A stretch of DNA of 64,000 nt from a virus. Both the position numbers and the translations under genes were made by a program. The notes under the pieces are model-generated. The model was given only the letters and a program-made list of their open reading frames with translations, was not told the origin of the DNA and did not search any database. Positions 48,714 through 58,541 of this stretch are shown here, piece by piece. Location of the stretch: IMG/VR virus record IMGVR_UViG_3300026078_000018; one strand, 5' to 3'. Numbering within the stretch: the first letter of the stretch is position 1; every line of letters begins with the position of its first letter.

Positions 48714-49303
48714 GCAGCGCCGCGCCGATCCAGCGCCTCGCCCACGACTCCGGCGACGGTACGACGATCATGCACTGCCCCTTCTGCGGAGGGGGGCAGG
48801 TCATCGGCCGCAGCGACGGCACCGTGGAATGCGAATTCTGCGGCACCGCCTTCACCGTCCAGGTCCAGCCGGTCTACTCAGGCTTCCCCCAGACCGTCAA
48901 CGGCATGCCGTTCCCCATCCCAGGCATGCCCGGCCAGATCGGCGGCCCGCCGCTCGCCCCCGGCCCCATGGACAGCGCCCCACTGCCCCCCGGCGCCGAG
49001 CCGGACGACGGCAGCAACCCCTTCGCCGACGGCGACGACGATGCTGCAGGAGGTGGCGACGCCCCGCCGTTCGCCGACGACAGCAGCAGCGATGCTCCGC
49101 CGGACGACAGCTCCGACTCCGACGGACCGCCTCCGCCACCGAAGGGCAAGAGCAAGTCGAAGAAGTCCTCGGCGCTATATCGGACGGCCTCCGGCGCGCG
49201 CCTGTCTGAGCAGGCGTTCGTGGAGTACCTGGCGGTACGCCATGCCGACATCATGGAACGAGCCGAGCTGCTGGAGCGGCTGCGTCAGTCGAGGACCGCA
49301 TGA
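48710..49303 (+). CDS. Zn-ribbon protein with acidic linker
   Basis: HCPFCGGG...CEFC; ATGA coupling. Confidence 0.65.
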   Translation: MSSAAPIQRLAHDSGDGTTIMHCPFCGGGQVIGRSDGTVECEFCGTAFTVQVQPVYSGFPQTVNGMPFPIPGMPGQIGGPPLAPGPMDSAPLPPGAEPDDGSNPFADGDDDAAGGGDAPPFADDSSSDAPPDDSSDSDGPPPPPKGKSKSKKSSALYRTASGARLSEQAFVEYLAVRHADIMERAELLERLRQSRTA

Positions 49304-49602
49304 GTTCGATCGATTATGGCCGGATGTGCAAATGTAAGCACAATATGTATGCACACCGCATTGAAAAGTGTATTGGAAAGAATTGCATCTGCAAGCAGTT
49401 CATTCCACTTCCTGGAACTGATAACAGGCCCTAACTCGGCGCCCTGCGTAGCCATCGACGCCTCGCAAGCTCGGCGCAGCCCCTCGGCCCCTACGGGGCA
49501 GAGCGCTCCTGGACAATCCTGCTCGCGGTCATGCAGGCCTGTCTGCCTGGGGTCGGTGCTCACGAAGGGACGGAATTCCCGCCGAGCATCGAGGTGTAGC
49601 CG

Positions 49603-52600
49603 ATGGCCGCTCAGCAGCCCCGCCAGACCCCCAAGCCCAAGGGTCAGGTCAGCGCCGCCGACGAACGGAGCTTCGCCGCGCTGCAGGCGGCGTTCCGCCG
49701 CGGCCGGTCCAGCGATGACCCCCAGGTCGCCGAGATGAAGGCGAACCGGCGGGCCGCTGCGGGGCGCAAGCAGGGCTCGTTCTCATCCTCCACCACCGTC
49801 GGCTCCGGCGCCCTCACCTTCGCCACCGGCCGCCCGCGGGACCCGCTGTTCTACTGGAAACAGAACAACCTCCCGTATGAGCTGACGCGCGCCGATGAGC
49901 TGATCCGGCTGCGGGCGTACTGCCGTCTGCTGTACGCGTCGCACCCGGTGATCGCCTCCTGCGTCGACATCTACACCAAGTACCCTCTTCTAGGTATGGA
50001 ACTTCGCTGCTTTGCAGGGGAAACGCCCGTCATCACAGAGATGGGAACGCGCCAGATCAGAGACCTGGCCGGTGAAACCCACTCGATTCTGACCACCGGC
50101 GGCAAGTGGGTGGATGCACAGTTCGACAGCTACGGACAACAGCGGCTGCTGCGACTGGAAGTAAGGCGCAATGGCCGTACCCGCGAGATCTTCACGACTG
50201 CTGGGCACCGGTGGTATGTCTGGGGCACAGAAGGCCCAGGCCGCGGCAACGCTGGGGTTCAGAACCCCTCAGCCAAGCTGACTTGGGAAGCCGTCCAAGA
50301 GATTCGGCGTCGATACTCGGAAGGGGGAATCTCCCAAGCAAAGCTCGCCGCAGAATATGGCGTTACTCAGCCGATGATCGGTGGCATCGTGCGGGGAACT
50401 TCGTGGAAGTCCTCAGGGGAGGAGTCCCACCAGACCATCCGGCTTCACCCGGTCAAGAAGGAAATCGAGACCTCGCAGCTTGAGCCAGGGATGAAGCTGG
50501 TCAGCTGCTACCCCACCGCGCGGGTCCACTCGACCAACCCAAGCCCGTTCGGTATCGCCCACGGCATGGTCGTGGGCGACGGGACCCTGGCGACCTCCGG
50601 CCGAGGTGCGACCGTTGACCTCTGGGGCGAGAAGGACGCCCAGATGCTCAAGTACTACGCCGGATGTGAGACGTACCAGGTCACCGACACCTGCATCCGG
50701 GTCACCAACCTCCCCGCGTACTTCAAGGCCCTCCCCGCCATCAGCGAGTCACAGTCCTATCTCTACGGCTGGCTGGCAGGCTACTTCGCTGCTGACGGAA
50801 CTGTCTCCAAGAAGGGTGAAGTCCTGCTGGACTCCGCTTCGCGAAGCAACCTCCAGTTCGCGCGCGACGTCTGTCACCGTCTGGGAATTAAGACCCACGA
50901 CATCTATGAATACGTAGTCGCTCAGAAGAAGACGCCCCGGGGAGCGATCCTCAAGGACTGGCGCGGATACCGACTGCCCATCGACCCGGACTCTCTGACC
51001 GAAGCGTTCTTCTGCATGACTCACCATCTGGAACGGTGGCAGACGCGCCCAGAGCGTGTTCGTGAGCGCTGCGAGGACTGGACGGTCATCAGCGTTTCGG
51101 AAACTGATCGCATCGAAGAGGTCTTCTGCGCGAAGGTCCCGAACACGGAGGCCTTCACCCTCGACGGCAATATCCTTACAGGAAACTGCAAAGACCAGAA
51201 GATCACCGACTTCTACACCGAACTGTTCCTCGACGAGGACCGGCTGAACTACCCCGAGTTCCTGCTCAAGGTGGGCCGCGAGTATTGGACCTGCGGTGAG
51301 GCGTGGCCGTTCGCTACGTTCAACGAGCCGCTGGGGATCTGGGAGCACGAGGAGCTGCTCAACCCCGACGACATCGAAGTCCAGGCCTCACCGTTCCTGC
51401 GGGATCCGCGGTTCCTGATCCGGCTGCCGGAAACCCTGCGCAACGTCATCATGCGCCGCGAACCGGCCTGGGAGTACGAGCAGCTGATGGCCGCCTACCC
51501 GGAGCTGGCGAACTACGCCAGCAACGATTCGAAGATGCCGGTCAGCAACATCTTGCTGCGGCAGCTGAAATTCGAGACCGACACGTTCAACCCCCGCGGC
51601 GTCCCCATCCTGATGCGCGCGATGCGCGCCGTGATGCAGGAGGAGATGCTCAACGCCGCCCAGGACGCTATCGCAGACCGCCTCTACACCCCGCTGATCC
51701 TGGCCCGCCTGGGCGCCTCGGCCACCGAGCTCGGCACGCAGACCCCGTGGATCCCCACCCCCGACGACCTGGAGGAGTTCGAGCAGGCCCTCGACGCGGC
51801 GCTCGCGGGCGACTTCCGGGTGCTCACCTACCACTTCGGTGTGCAGATGGACGAAGTCTTCGGCCGCGAATCCATGCCGGACCTGTCAAATGATTTCGAA
51901 CGGCTGGAGGGCCGGATCCTGCTGTCCTTCGGCCTGTCCGCGACGCTGCTGACTGGCGCCGGGGAAGGCGAGACCTACGCCGCCGATGCCCTCAACAAAG
52001 ACCTGGTGTCCCAGCTGCTCACCACCTACCAGTCCCTGCTCAAGAGGCACTACAGGCAGAGGGCCCTGATCGTGGCCGAAGCCCAGGAGCACTTCGACTA
52101 CGAGGAGCGCGGCGGCAAACGCTACGTGAAATACGAGGAGATCCTGGAGATCGACGAAGAGACCGGCGAAGAGTCGATCATCCGACAGCCGAAACTGCTT
52201 GTCCCCGACATGTACATGAACACCATGTCTCTGTCTGACGACGAGCAGCAGCGCGGGTTCCTGGAGCAGCTGCGCGAGACCGGCGTCCCCATCTCGATGC
52301 GCACCCGCCTGACCAACATCCCCATCTCCTTCGAGGAGGAGCTGGAACGCTCCCAGGACGAGCAGGTTCAGCTGGCCGTCGCCGAACAGGAAACTCGCAA
52401 GCGCCAGTACCTGGAGCTGCGTAACCAGGGCCTGCCGATTCCCTCCGACCTGCGCGCCGACTTCGAGCCGCAGGCCATGCAGGCCCAGATCCCCTCGGCC
52501 ACCGAGGGCATGCGCACCCCCGTCATGGGCCTGGATCCCGGCATGCCCTACCCCAACCTGGCCCCCACCCCCGAAGACGTCGCCCAAGACCCCACCGCGG

Positions 52601-52896
52601 CCCCGCCCGGCATGCCCACCGAACCCGGCGCCGACCTCGCCGCCGAGGAAGACCCTGCGGTCCAGGAGGAAGACGAGCAGAGGCCCGACGAATCCGACGA
52701 GCAGCGTGGCGGCATGCCCAAGGACGCCGTCCTGTATCGGAAGGCTGCCCGCATGCGCGAACTCGGCCGCACCCACCGCCCCCTGCTCGCTGAAGACGGC
52801 ACCGCGCGCCGCCGCACCCGCCTGGACGAACCCCGCCACATCGGGCTGCGCAGACACGCCCTGGTCGACGCCGACACCCCGCTGGCCGACGACTGA
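49603..52896 (+). CDS. portal protein containing an intein
   Basis: LYASHPVIASCVDIY..YPL, RGVPIL, acidic C-tail; location in the head module. Confidence 0.75.
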   Translation: MAAQQPRQTPKPKGQVSAADERSFAALQAAFRRGRSSDDPQVAEMKANRRAAAGRKQGSFSSSTTVGSGALTFATGRPRDPLFYWKQNNLPYELTRADELIRLRAYCRLLYASHPVIASCVDIYTKYPLLGMELRCFAGETPVITEMGTRQIRDLAGETHSILTTGGKWVDAQFDSYGQQRLLRLEVRRNGRTREIFTTAGHRWYVWGTEGPGRGNAGVQNPSAKLTWEAVQEIRRRYSEGGISQAKLAAEYGVTQPMIGGIVRGTSWKSSGEESHQTIRLHPVKKEIETSQLEPGMKLVSCYPTARVHSTNPSPFGIAHGMVVGDGTLATSGRGATVDLWGEKDAQMLKYYAGCETYQVTDTCIRVTNLPAYFKALPAISESQSYLYGWLAGYFAADGTVSKKGEVLLDSASRSNLQFARDVCHRLGIKTHDIYEYVVAQKKTPRGAILKDWRGYRLPIDPDSLTEAFFCMTHHLERWQTRPERVRERCEDWTVISVSETDRIEEVFCAKVPNTEAFTLDGNILTGNCKDQKITDFYTELFLDEDRLNYPEFLLKVGREYWTCGEAWPFATFNEPLGIWEHEELLNPDDIEVQASPFLRDPRFLIRLPETLRNVIMRREPAWEYEQLMAAYPELANYASNDSKMPVSNILLRQLKFETDTFNPRGVPILMRAMRAVMQEEMLNAAQDAIADRLYTPLILARLGASATELGTQTPWIPTPDDLEEFEQALDAALAGDFRVLTYHFGVQMDEVFGRESMPDLSNDFERLEGRILLSFGLSATLLTGAGEGETYAADALNKDLVSQLLTTYQSLLKRHYRQRALIVAEAQEHFDYEERGGKRYVKYEEILEIDEETGEESIIRQPKLLVPDMYMNTMSLSDDEQQRGFLEQLRETGVPISMRTRLTNIPISFEEELERSQDEQVQLAVAEQETRKRQYLELRNQGLPIPSDLRADFEPQAMQAQIPSATEGMRTPVMGLDPGMPYPNLAPTPEDVAQDPTAAPPGMPTEPGADLAAEEDPAVQEEDEQRPDESDEQRGGMPKDAVLYRKAARMRELGRTHRPLLAEDGTARRRTRLDEPRHIGLRRHALVDADTPLADD
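50008..51186 (+). mobile_element. LAGLIDADG intein (393 aa) with an HTH insertion
   Basis: N-terminal CFAGET, TTAGHRW block B, VVGDG and LAGYFAADG, C-terminal ILTGN followed by Cys. Confidence 0.9.
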
Positions 52897-52962
52897 CCCC
52901 TGTCCGGCCCCGCCGCCGGACCGGGCAAGGGCCGAGGCTCACGCACGAAGAAAGGGTTCGCG

Positions 52963-54858
52963 ATGCTGCAGCGACAGGGACGCGCGCACAGGCTGCACAC
53001 AGCCGCCATAGCCGATCGGACTGCGCCGGTCTACGACTACGGCATCCGCTCCCGCGTCATGACCTGCGACGGCCACCCCGGCACCGTCCTGGCCGTCGCC
53101 GAAGGCCCCTTCCCAGGCACCGAATCCTACGAAGTCCAGCTCGACGGAGGCCTCGGCGGAGGCCAATACCTGCCCGGCCAACTGCAGCCCCTCGCAGCCG
53201 GACACGCCCCCGGCACCGCCGCCGCCGACTACCCGGAACTCGCACAGGTCCTCGCCGAACACCCCGACCCGGCCCGCGGCACCCTGGCCCGCGCAGCCGT
53301 CCTGCAGACGACCGCGATGCCGTCGCAGCGGCACCCGGCGCCGAGCGGGTTCCACGTACGGGAGTTTTTCCCCTCCTATGACGGAGACCCGAGCTCCGAG
53401 GAGGAAGTCCCGCCCGGTTACGACGACCACCCCACGCCCTGCAGCGGCCGCGACTGCGGTCACTTCGAGGAGCGCGTGCTGAAAGGCTTCGACCCCTCCC
53501 ACGGGGCCCACCCCAACCCGGTCTCCGAGCTCGCGTATCACCTGTCCAGCTGTGGCCACCAAGCCAAGGTGGACATGCTGTACAGCCGCCCGGACGCACA
53601 GCATCACGGCTACGCCTCAGCGATGATGGACCACCTGTACGCGCGCCACCCGCAGGCCGAGATCGACCACGGCGAGCGCACCCCCGAAGGCCAAGACTGG
53701 TGGTCCAGCTACACCGACCCGGACCCGGGCCGATCCACCGGCGGCTTCTCCTCCATCGTCGCCGCCACCATGCAGACTGCCGGTATGCAGCCGACAGGTG
53801 ACTTCCAGCAGGACCACGCCAACAGCCGGGCACGGAACTTCCACGACCGGATGCGGACGTTCATGAACGTCAACGGCGGCCACCGCATCCCCGCGGCCCC
53901 GGCCACTGGCCGCGAAGCCCACGAGGCAATGGCCAGCACCTGCCCAGATTGCGGCCGCACCCTGCACACCGATGCCACAACCGACACCTCCGGCGTCACA
54001 GGTCCCGATGGCCGCCCGGAGCCCCTGCAATTCGACACCCCCTGCGACACCAGCAACCCGCACCGCGCGCCACTCGGCGACACCGCCCACGAACCTGACG
54101 ACCAGCCGATCGAACAGTCCATCGGTGCACCATGCACCGGCTGCGGCACCCCCATGGGCAGTGAACAGAGCCACTACGGCTGTCAGATGTGCGGCCGGGG
54201 CGACCACCACTCCTACTGCTGCCCCACTCTGCACCACGGCTCACACACCGCCGTCTCCGAGATGACCCTCGGCGAGACGATCGTCCCCGACCGCATCCCG
54301 GGCCCTGGACCTACCAAGGCCCACTCGCCGATGGACAACCCCGCCTCCTCCGGCTGGGCCTCCGGGCCCGACCCCGACCAGTGGTCCGCAGCCCCGCTAT
54401 ACCCGCTGGACTCCCGCGTCGGCGCCTCACAAACCGACGAGCTTCAGCTGGAAGGCCCCGGCGCCGAAGCCACCCTGCACGAGGAACCGACCGCGGCGCT
54501 GCCGTCCACCGACGGCGAAATCAACGCCGACGACACCGACCCCGAAGCCCTCAATCCGATGGGCTTCAACGCCGTCCTGCAGGACTTCTGGTCCAAGGCC
54601 GCACACCTGGACCCCCGCCGCAGCGGCGGCGCAGCTCGCACCGACGGCGACATCGCCGCGGCTGCCCGCGCACACCTGGCAGGACTGGACAAGACCGCCG
54701 CCTACGCCTTCACCCCCGGCCAGCGCCGCGAGCTGATCGAGGAAGCACCCGAGGCGCGCGCCGCCAACGCCGACCGGCTGGATCTGACCGGGACTCACTA
54801 TGCGGATATGCAGCAGATGATGGGCGATGATGAGGAGGATGCGGCATGGCTGCTGTGA
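52963..54858 (+). CDS. polyvalent head protein: SH3-like + GNAT + Zn modules + C-terminal motif
   Basis: HGYASAMM..IDHGERT.EG.DWW; CxxC modules; FTP.QRRELIEE..LDLTGTHY. Confidence 0.65.
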   Translation: MLQRQGRAHRLHTAAIADRTAPVYDYGIRSRVMTCDGHPGTVLAVAEGPFPGTESYEVQLDGGLGGGQYLPGQLQPLAAGHAPGTAAADYPELAQVLAEHPDPARGTLARAAVLQTTAMPSQRHPAPSGFHVREFFPSYDGDPSSEEEVPPGYDDHPTPCSGRDCGHFEERVLKGFDPSHGAHPNPVSELAYHLSSCGHQAKVDMLYSRPDAQHHGYASAMMDHLYARHPQAEIDHGERTPEGQDWWSSYTDPDPGRSTGGFSSIVAATMQTAGMQPTGDFQQDHANSRARNFHDRMRTFMNVNGGHRIPAAPATGREAHEAMASTCPDCGRTLHTDATTDTSGVTGPDGRPEPLQFDTPCDTSNPHRAPLGDTAHEPDDQPIEQSIGAPCTGCGTPMGSEQSHYGCQMCGRGDHHSYCCPTLHHGSHTAVSEMTLGETIVPDRIPGPGPTKAHSPMDNPASSGWASGPDPDQWSAAPLYPLDSRVGASQTDELQLEGPGAEATLHEEPTAALPSTDGEINADDTDPEALNPMGFNAVLQDFWSKAAHLDPRRSGGAARTDGDIAAAARAHLAGLDKTAAYAFTPGQRRELIEEAPEARAANADRLDLTGTHYADMQQMMGDDEEDAAWLL

Positions 54859-55301
54859 AGGAGCCTACGGCGGTGCAGGACGCTGCCGCGGTGGCGGCGG
54901 AGAATCCGTTCGGCGAGGGCGGCGTGCAGGTGATGCTGACGGCGCCGTACGACGCGCACGGTCTGGCTATGGAGCTGTCGGCGGCGATGCCGGGTGTTGC
55001 GTCGGCGCTGCGGGCCCCGGCCAAGCCTGACGAGCCGGTGTCGGCGGACAATCCGGCGTGGTTGTCGCTGGGCGGTGAGGGCGTGTCGGTGGCGACGGTT
55101 CGGAAGGTGGTCGCTGCGCACGTTCCGACCTTGTCGGGTGATGTTACTAGGAACATCCGGGGATCTGATGTGGCGCAGGGTATCCAGGATCTGAGAGAAC
55201 GGTTGTCGGCCGGTGAGGTGCTCGACGCCATCGGGTGCTCCAAGGCCATCGCGCTGCTGCTGGGGGTTTACCCCCCCGAATCCCCAACAACAGCGGAGTA
55301 A
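54846..55301 (+). CDS. hypothetical protein
   Basis: GGAGG RBS; overlaps the previous stop. Confidence 0.55.
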   Translation: MAAVKEPTAVQDAAAVAAENPFGEGGVQVMLTAPYDAHGLAMELSAAMPGVASALRAPAKPDEPVSADNPAWLSLGGEGVSVATVRKVVAAHVPTLSGDVTRNIRGSDVAQGIQDLRERLSAGEVLDAIGCSKAIALLLGVYPPESPTTAE

Positions 55302-55443
55302 ACAGGCTAAGCCTGGAAATGCCACGCGAATGGTGCATCGGGTCTGCTCTAGCACACGGCCCGGCCCGCCCTGCGGCACCCCGGACGGTCGACCACCCCG
55401 TCACGGGGTGCTGTCGCGTCCGGCCCCGGTTGCGGCAAGATGC

Positions 55444-56004
55444 ATGAGCCTTTCGAACCTGGCCGTGCTGGACGAATACAAGCGCCCTGCCGCCGGAGCC
55501 CGCGGCCCCGGCTTCCCTGACGGCTACCCCGCCAACTGCCGCACCTTCTACTCGCCGGTCGACGATGTCCACGGGGCACTCGCCCGGCTGCTGGATTCCG
55601 CCGACCACTCCCTGGTGATCGGCATGTATGGGTTCGACGATGAAGAACTGGCTGGGATCGTCAAGGCCAAGTTGGCCCACCAGGACATCTTCGTGCAGCT
55701 GACGTTGGACTCTTCCCAGGCTGGGGGCGTGCACGAGCGGCAGCTGCTGGCCGAGGCCGCCTACCCCGCGGCCTCCGTCGCCGTCGGCCGCTCCGAGCGC
55801 GGCGCGATCATGCACCTCAAGATGGTCATTGTCGATGGGCTCGACGTCGTCACCGGCTCCACCAACTGGTCCCAGGGCGGTGAAACCCGGCAGGACAACG
55901 CGTTGGTGGTGGTCCGGGACCCGTTTGTGGCCGCCGAGGCCCGTGCCCGCCTGGATGCCATCCACGCCCACATGCTGTCGGCGCAGCCGCGCACCACCCG
56001 CTGA
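55444..56004 (+). CDS. single-HKD phospholipase D/Nuc-like nuclease
   Basis: HLKMVIVD.....GSTNWS. Confidence 0.85.
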   Translation: MSLSNLAVLDEYKRPAAGARGPGFPDGYPANCRTFYSPVDDVHGALARLLDSADHSLVIGMYGFDDEELAGIVKAKLAHQDIFVQLTLDSSQAGGVHERQLLAEAAYPAASVAVGRSERGAIMHLKMVIVDGLDVVTGSTNWSQGGETRQDNALVVVRDPFVAAEARARLDAIHAHMLSAQPRTTR

Positions 56005-56065
56005 GAACGATCGCCGTGTCTGGATCACTTTTTCGATGCTTGACGTGCCTATTAAGCAGTATTGT

Positions 56066-56096
56066 TTGACACCATAGTATGGGGTGGTGCTAAGCT
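56066..56096 (+). promoter_or_regulatory. promoter with 18-bp operator
   Basis: TTGACA; TAGTATGGGGTGGTGCTA at 56075-56092; TAAGCT. Confidence 0.65.
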
Positions 56097-56129
56097 GAGA
56101 AACGCCAGCAAAACCCGAGCCCCAGGGGA

Positions 56130-57191
56130 GTGACCATGGCCTTCTACAGCGAATCCGCCAAAGCCAAGATCCTCTCCATCGACCCCACCGCCGCGAACTG
56201 GATCAACTCCCGCCCGCGGCGCCCGACCACCGGCAAGACCAGCATCGGCGCGAGCACGCGCACCAACAAGTTCCCCGGCCCCTGTCAGCGCTGTCACGGC
56301 CACGTCGCCGCGGGGGAGGGTCTGCTCGGCGACGAGAAGATCGGTGGCAAGTTCGTGATCTTCCACGCCGATGGCACCTGCCCCGACAAGCAGACCTCCA
56401 CGACCGCCACCGAGCAGCCCAAGGCCGCCGCCTCCAGCGCGCGCCGCAACCGCTACGCCGGACGTTGCGACAACTGCGGCGGCTGGGTCGAGGCCGAACA
56501 GGGCCTGTTGGTCGGCTCCAAGGGCGCCTGGAAGACCCTGCACGACGGCGAGTGCCCCAAGGCCGCCCCCGTGACCGAGCAGACCACCCACGCTCCCCTG
56601 GAGCGCTCGGGCAAGCCGAACCTGTACGGCGGCCGGTGCACCGACTGCGGCGAGTGGGTCGAGGCCGAGGAGGGTGTCCGGGTCAAGATCGAGGGCAAGT
56701 GGGGCGCGGCCCACCGCGCCGGGCAGTGCCCGGAGGAGATCGAGGAGGCCGAGGGCGACCGGATCGAGCTCACCGAGGCCCAGATCGAGCAGCTCCCCAC
56801 CGGCTACGCCACCGTCATCCTGAGCGGCGGCGACTTCTACGCCATCAAGGACGGATCCGACACCGTCGACTACCGCACCTTCCGTCTGCGCCTGCGCAAG
56901 GAGACCGCACGCCGCCACCCCGGCGCCTTGGAGATCGCTTACCTCGCAGGCCGCAACAACGAGAGCGACTACATGCCGCTGGGCATCGTCAAGGACGGCG
57001 CTCTGGTCTGCCGCAAGGCCATCCACTCTCAGGGCATGCGCGACGCCCTCGCCGTCCTGCTCGCCGACCCCTCCGCGGCACAATTCGGCTGGACCATCAC
57101 CAGCGAGTGCTGCAACCGCTGCGGTCGTACTCTCACCGTCCCCACCTCCCTGCACAACGGCCGCGGCCCGGAGTGCGTCAACAAGCGCTAG
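56130..57191 (+). CDS. multi-Zn-finger protein with DUF6011-like C-terminus
   Basis: Three N.Y/F.G.C..C...V..EG...H..CP repeats; C.RCGRTLT.P.S...G.GPEC. Confidence 0.75.
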   Translation: MTMAFYSESAKAKILSIDPTAANWINSRPRRPTTGKTSIGASTRTNKFPGPCQRCHGHVAAGEGLLGDEKIGGKFVIFHADGTCPDKQTSTTATEQPKAAASSARRNRYAGRCDNCGGWVEAEQGLLVGSKGAWKTLHDGECPKAAPVTEQTTHAPLERSGKPNLYGGRCTDCGEWVEAEEGVRVKIEGKWGAAHRAGQCPEEIEEAEGDRIELTEAQIEQLPTGYATVILSGGDFYAIKDGSDTVDYRTFRLRLRKETARRHPGALEIAYLAGRNNESDYMPLGIVKDGALVCRKAIHSQGMRDALAVLLADPSAAQFGWTITSECCNRCGRTLTVPTSLHNGRGPECVNKR

Positions 57192-57250
57192 ACCCCCGCG
57201 GGGCCCGGCACACGCCGGGCCCCGTCCCTGCGAACCCAAGGAGGACCGAG

Positions 57251-57451
57251 ATGACCATCGACGAGGCAATGCAGGCCTACGAGGCCGCTGAGTCCGCTGC
57301 CACCTACGACCTCGACCTGTACCGCGGCGACGTCGAGGACGGCGGCGAGGAGACCCCGCAGGAGAAGGCCGCCGAGCTGCGCGACTCCCTGCGCAAGCTG
57401 GCCCAGGCCGCCACCGACCTGGCGACCGCGCTCGACGAGGACCTGCCGTAG
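57251..57451 (+). CDS. small acidic protein
   Basis: AAGGAGG RBS. Confidence 0.7.
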   Translation: MTIDEAMQAYEAAESAATYDLDLYRGDVEDGGEETPQEKAAELRDSLRKLAQAATDLATALDEDLP

Positions 57452-57515
57452 CCTTCACCCCGGGCCCGGCGCAGCGAGCGCCGGGCCTCATCCCGCCAGA
57501 TGAAAGGACCCTCTT

Positions 57516-58157
57516 ATGACGAACACCACCGGCGCATACCCCGACACCCTGCACAACGCTGACGGCACTCATCGAGCCGAAGCTCCAGAGGTTGTTGATC
57601 CCAACGTTTTCGGCGAGCTCATTCGGCGGCATCAGACGGAGCACCGCGACCGCGACGAATACGCGTACGACCTGTACCGGCGCCTGGCCGCCGTCCTGAC
57701 CGAACTGGCCCAGCGCGGCGAGAACATCAAGATCGTAAACGAGGATCTGCAGACGCTCACGCTTCCCGACGGTACCCCCGTGACAATCGGTAGCGACGCC
57801 GCCTACATCCTGCAGGGACCGACCGGTGGCATCAGCTACTACAAGACCCTGCGCGCCTGGGACTTCGGCAACCGCATCTATGGGCTGCCCAGGACCGCGA
57901 CCGTCACCGAAGCGCACCTGCAGGCGTTGATGGGCGCTCGCGGGGCATTCTCGGCGTTGTATCTCGACTACCGCGCCGATGGCAACCTGGCGCTGTGGGA
58001 CGAGAACCTGAGCTCTCCGGAGAAGCGCTGCGAGGTGCTCCTGCGCTACAACGAACTGGTCGCCATCTACAACGAAGGCGCCGGACAGGACGACTTCGAC
58101 GCCGTCGCCGCCGCGCAGAAGATCATCGACGAGGTGCTCGCCAAGGACAACTCATGA
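57516..58157 (+). CDS. hypothetical protein
   Basis: AAAGGA RBS. Confidence 0.7.
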   Translation: MTNTTGAYPDTLHNADGTHRAEAPEVVDPNVFGELIRRHQTEHRDRDEYAYDLYRRLAAVLTELAQRGENIKIVNEDLQTLTLPDGTPVTIGSDAAYILQGPTGGISYYKTLRAWDFGNRIYGLPRTATVTEAHLQALMGARGAFSALYLDYRADGNLALWDENLSSPEKRCEVLLRYNELVAIYNEGAGQDDFDAVAAAQKIIDEVLAKDNS

Positions 58158-58381
58158 TCCACAACCACGACGTGGAGATCGACGCCTCTCAGCTCAAGCG
58201 CGGCGATATCGTCTGCTCCGGCGTGATGGACAAGGACGACAAGCAGCTGAGCGGGTCGTTCACCGTCTACTCCGACGCCCGATGGAACGCCGCCAGGCAG
58301 TGCTGGAACGTCGACTTCGAAGGCGCCCCCACCCAATGGTTCGCCAGGGGCTCCAACGTCTGGATCGAACCCCGCAGCTGA
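58154..58381 (+). CDS. small hypothetical protein
   Basis: ATGA coupling. Confidence 0.6.
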   Translation: MIHNHDVEIDASQLKRGDIVCSGVMDKDDKQLSGSFTVYSDARWNAARQCWNVDFEGAPTQWFARGSNVWIEPRS

Positions 58382-58391
58382 ACCGGCGCTC

Positions 58392-58434
58392 ACAGGGCCC
58401 CGATGACTACTTCAACTAGTCATCGGGGCCCTGT
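58392..58434. terminator. 18-bp inverted repeat, probable terminator
   Basis: ACAGGGCCCCGATGACTA / TAGTCATCGGGGCCCTGT. Confidence 0.7.
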
Positions 58435-58541
58435 CATGTCTACATCAACTCCACATCCTCACACGGCCCCCTGTGCGGTCGGCGGCGCGCGCTGCGAAGG
58501 ACGGAACACGTCCCTTTCCCGTTGCGATGCGAGGAGCCGCT

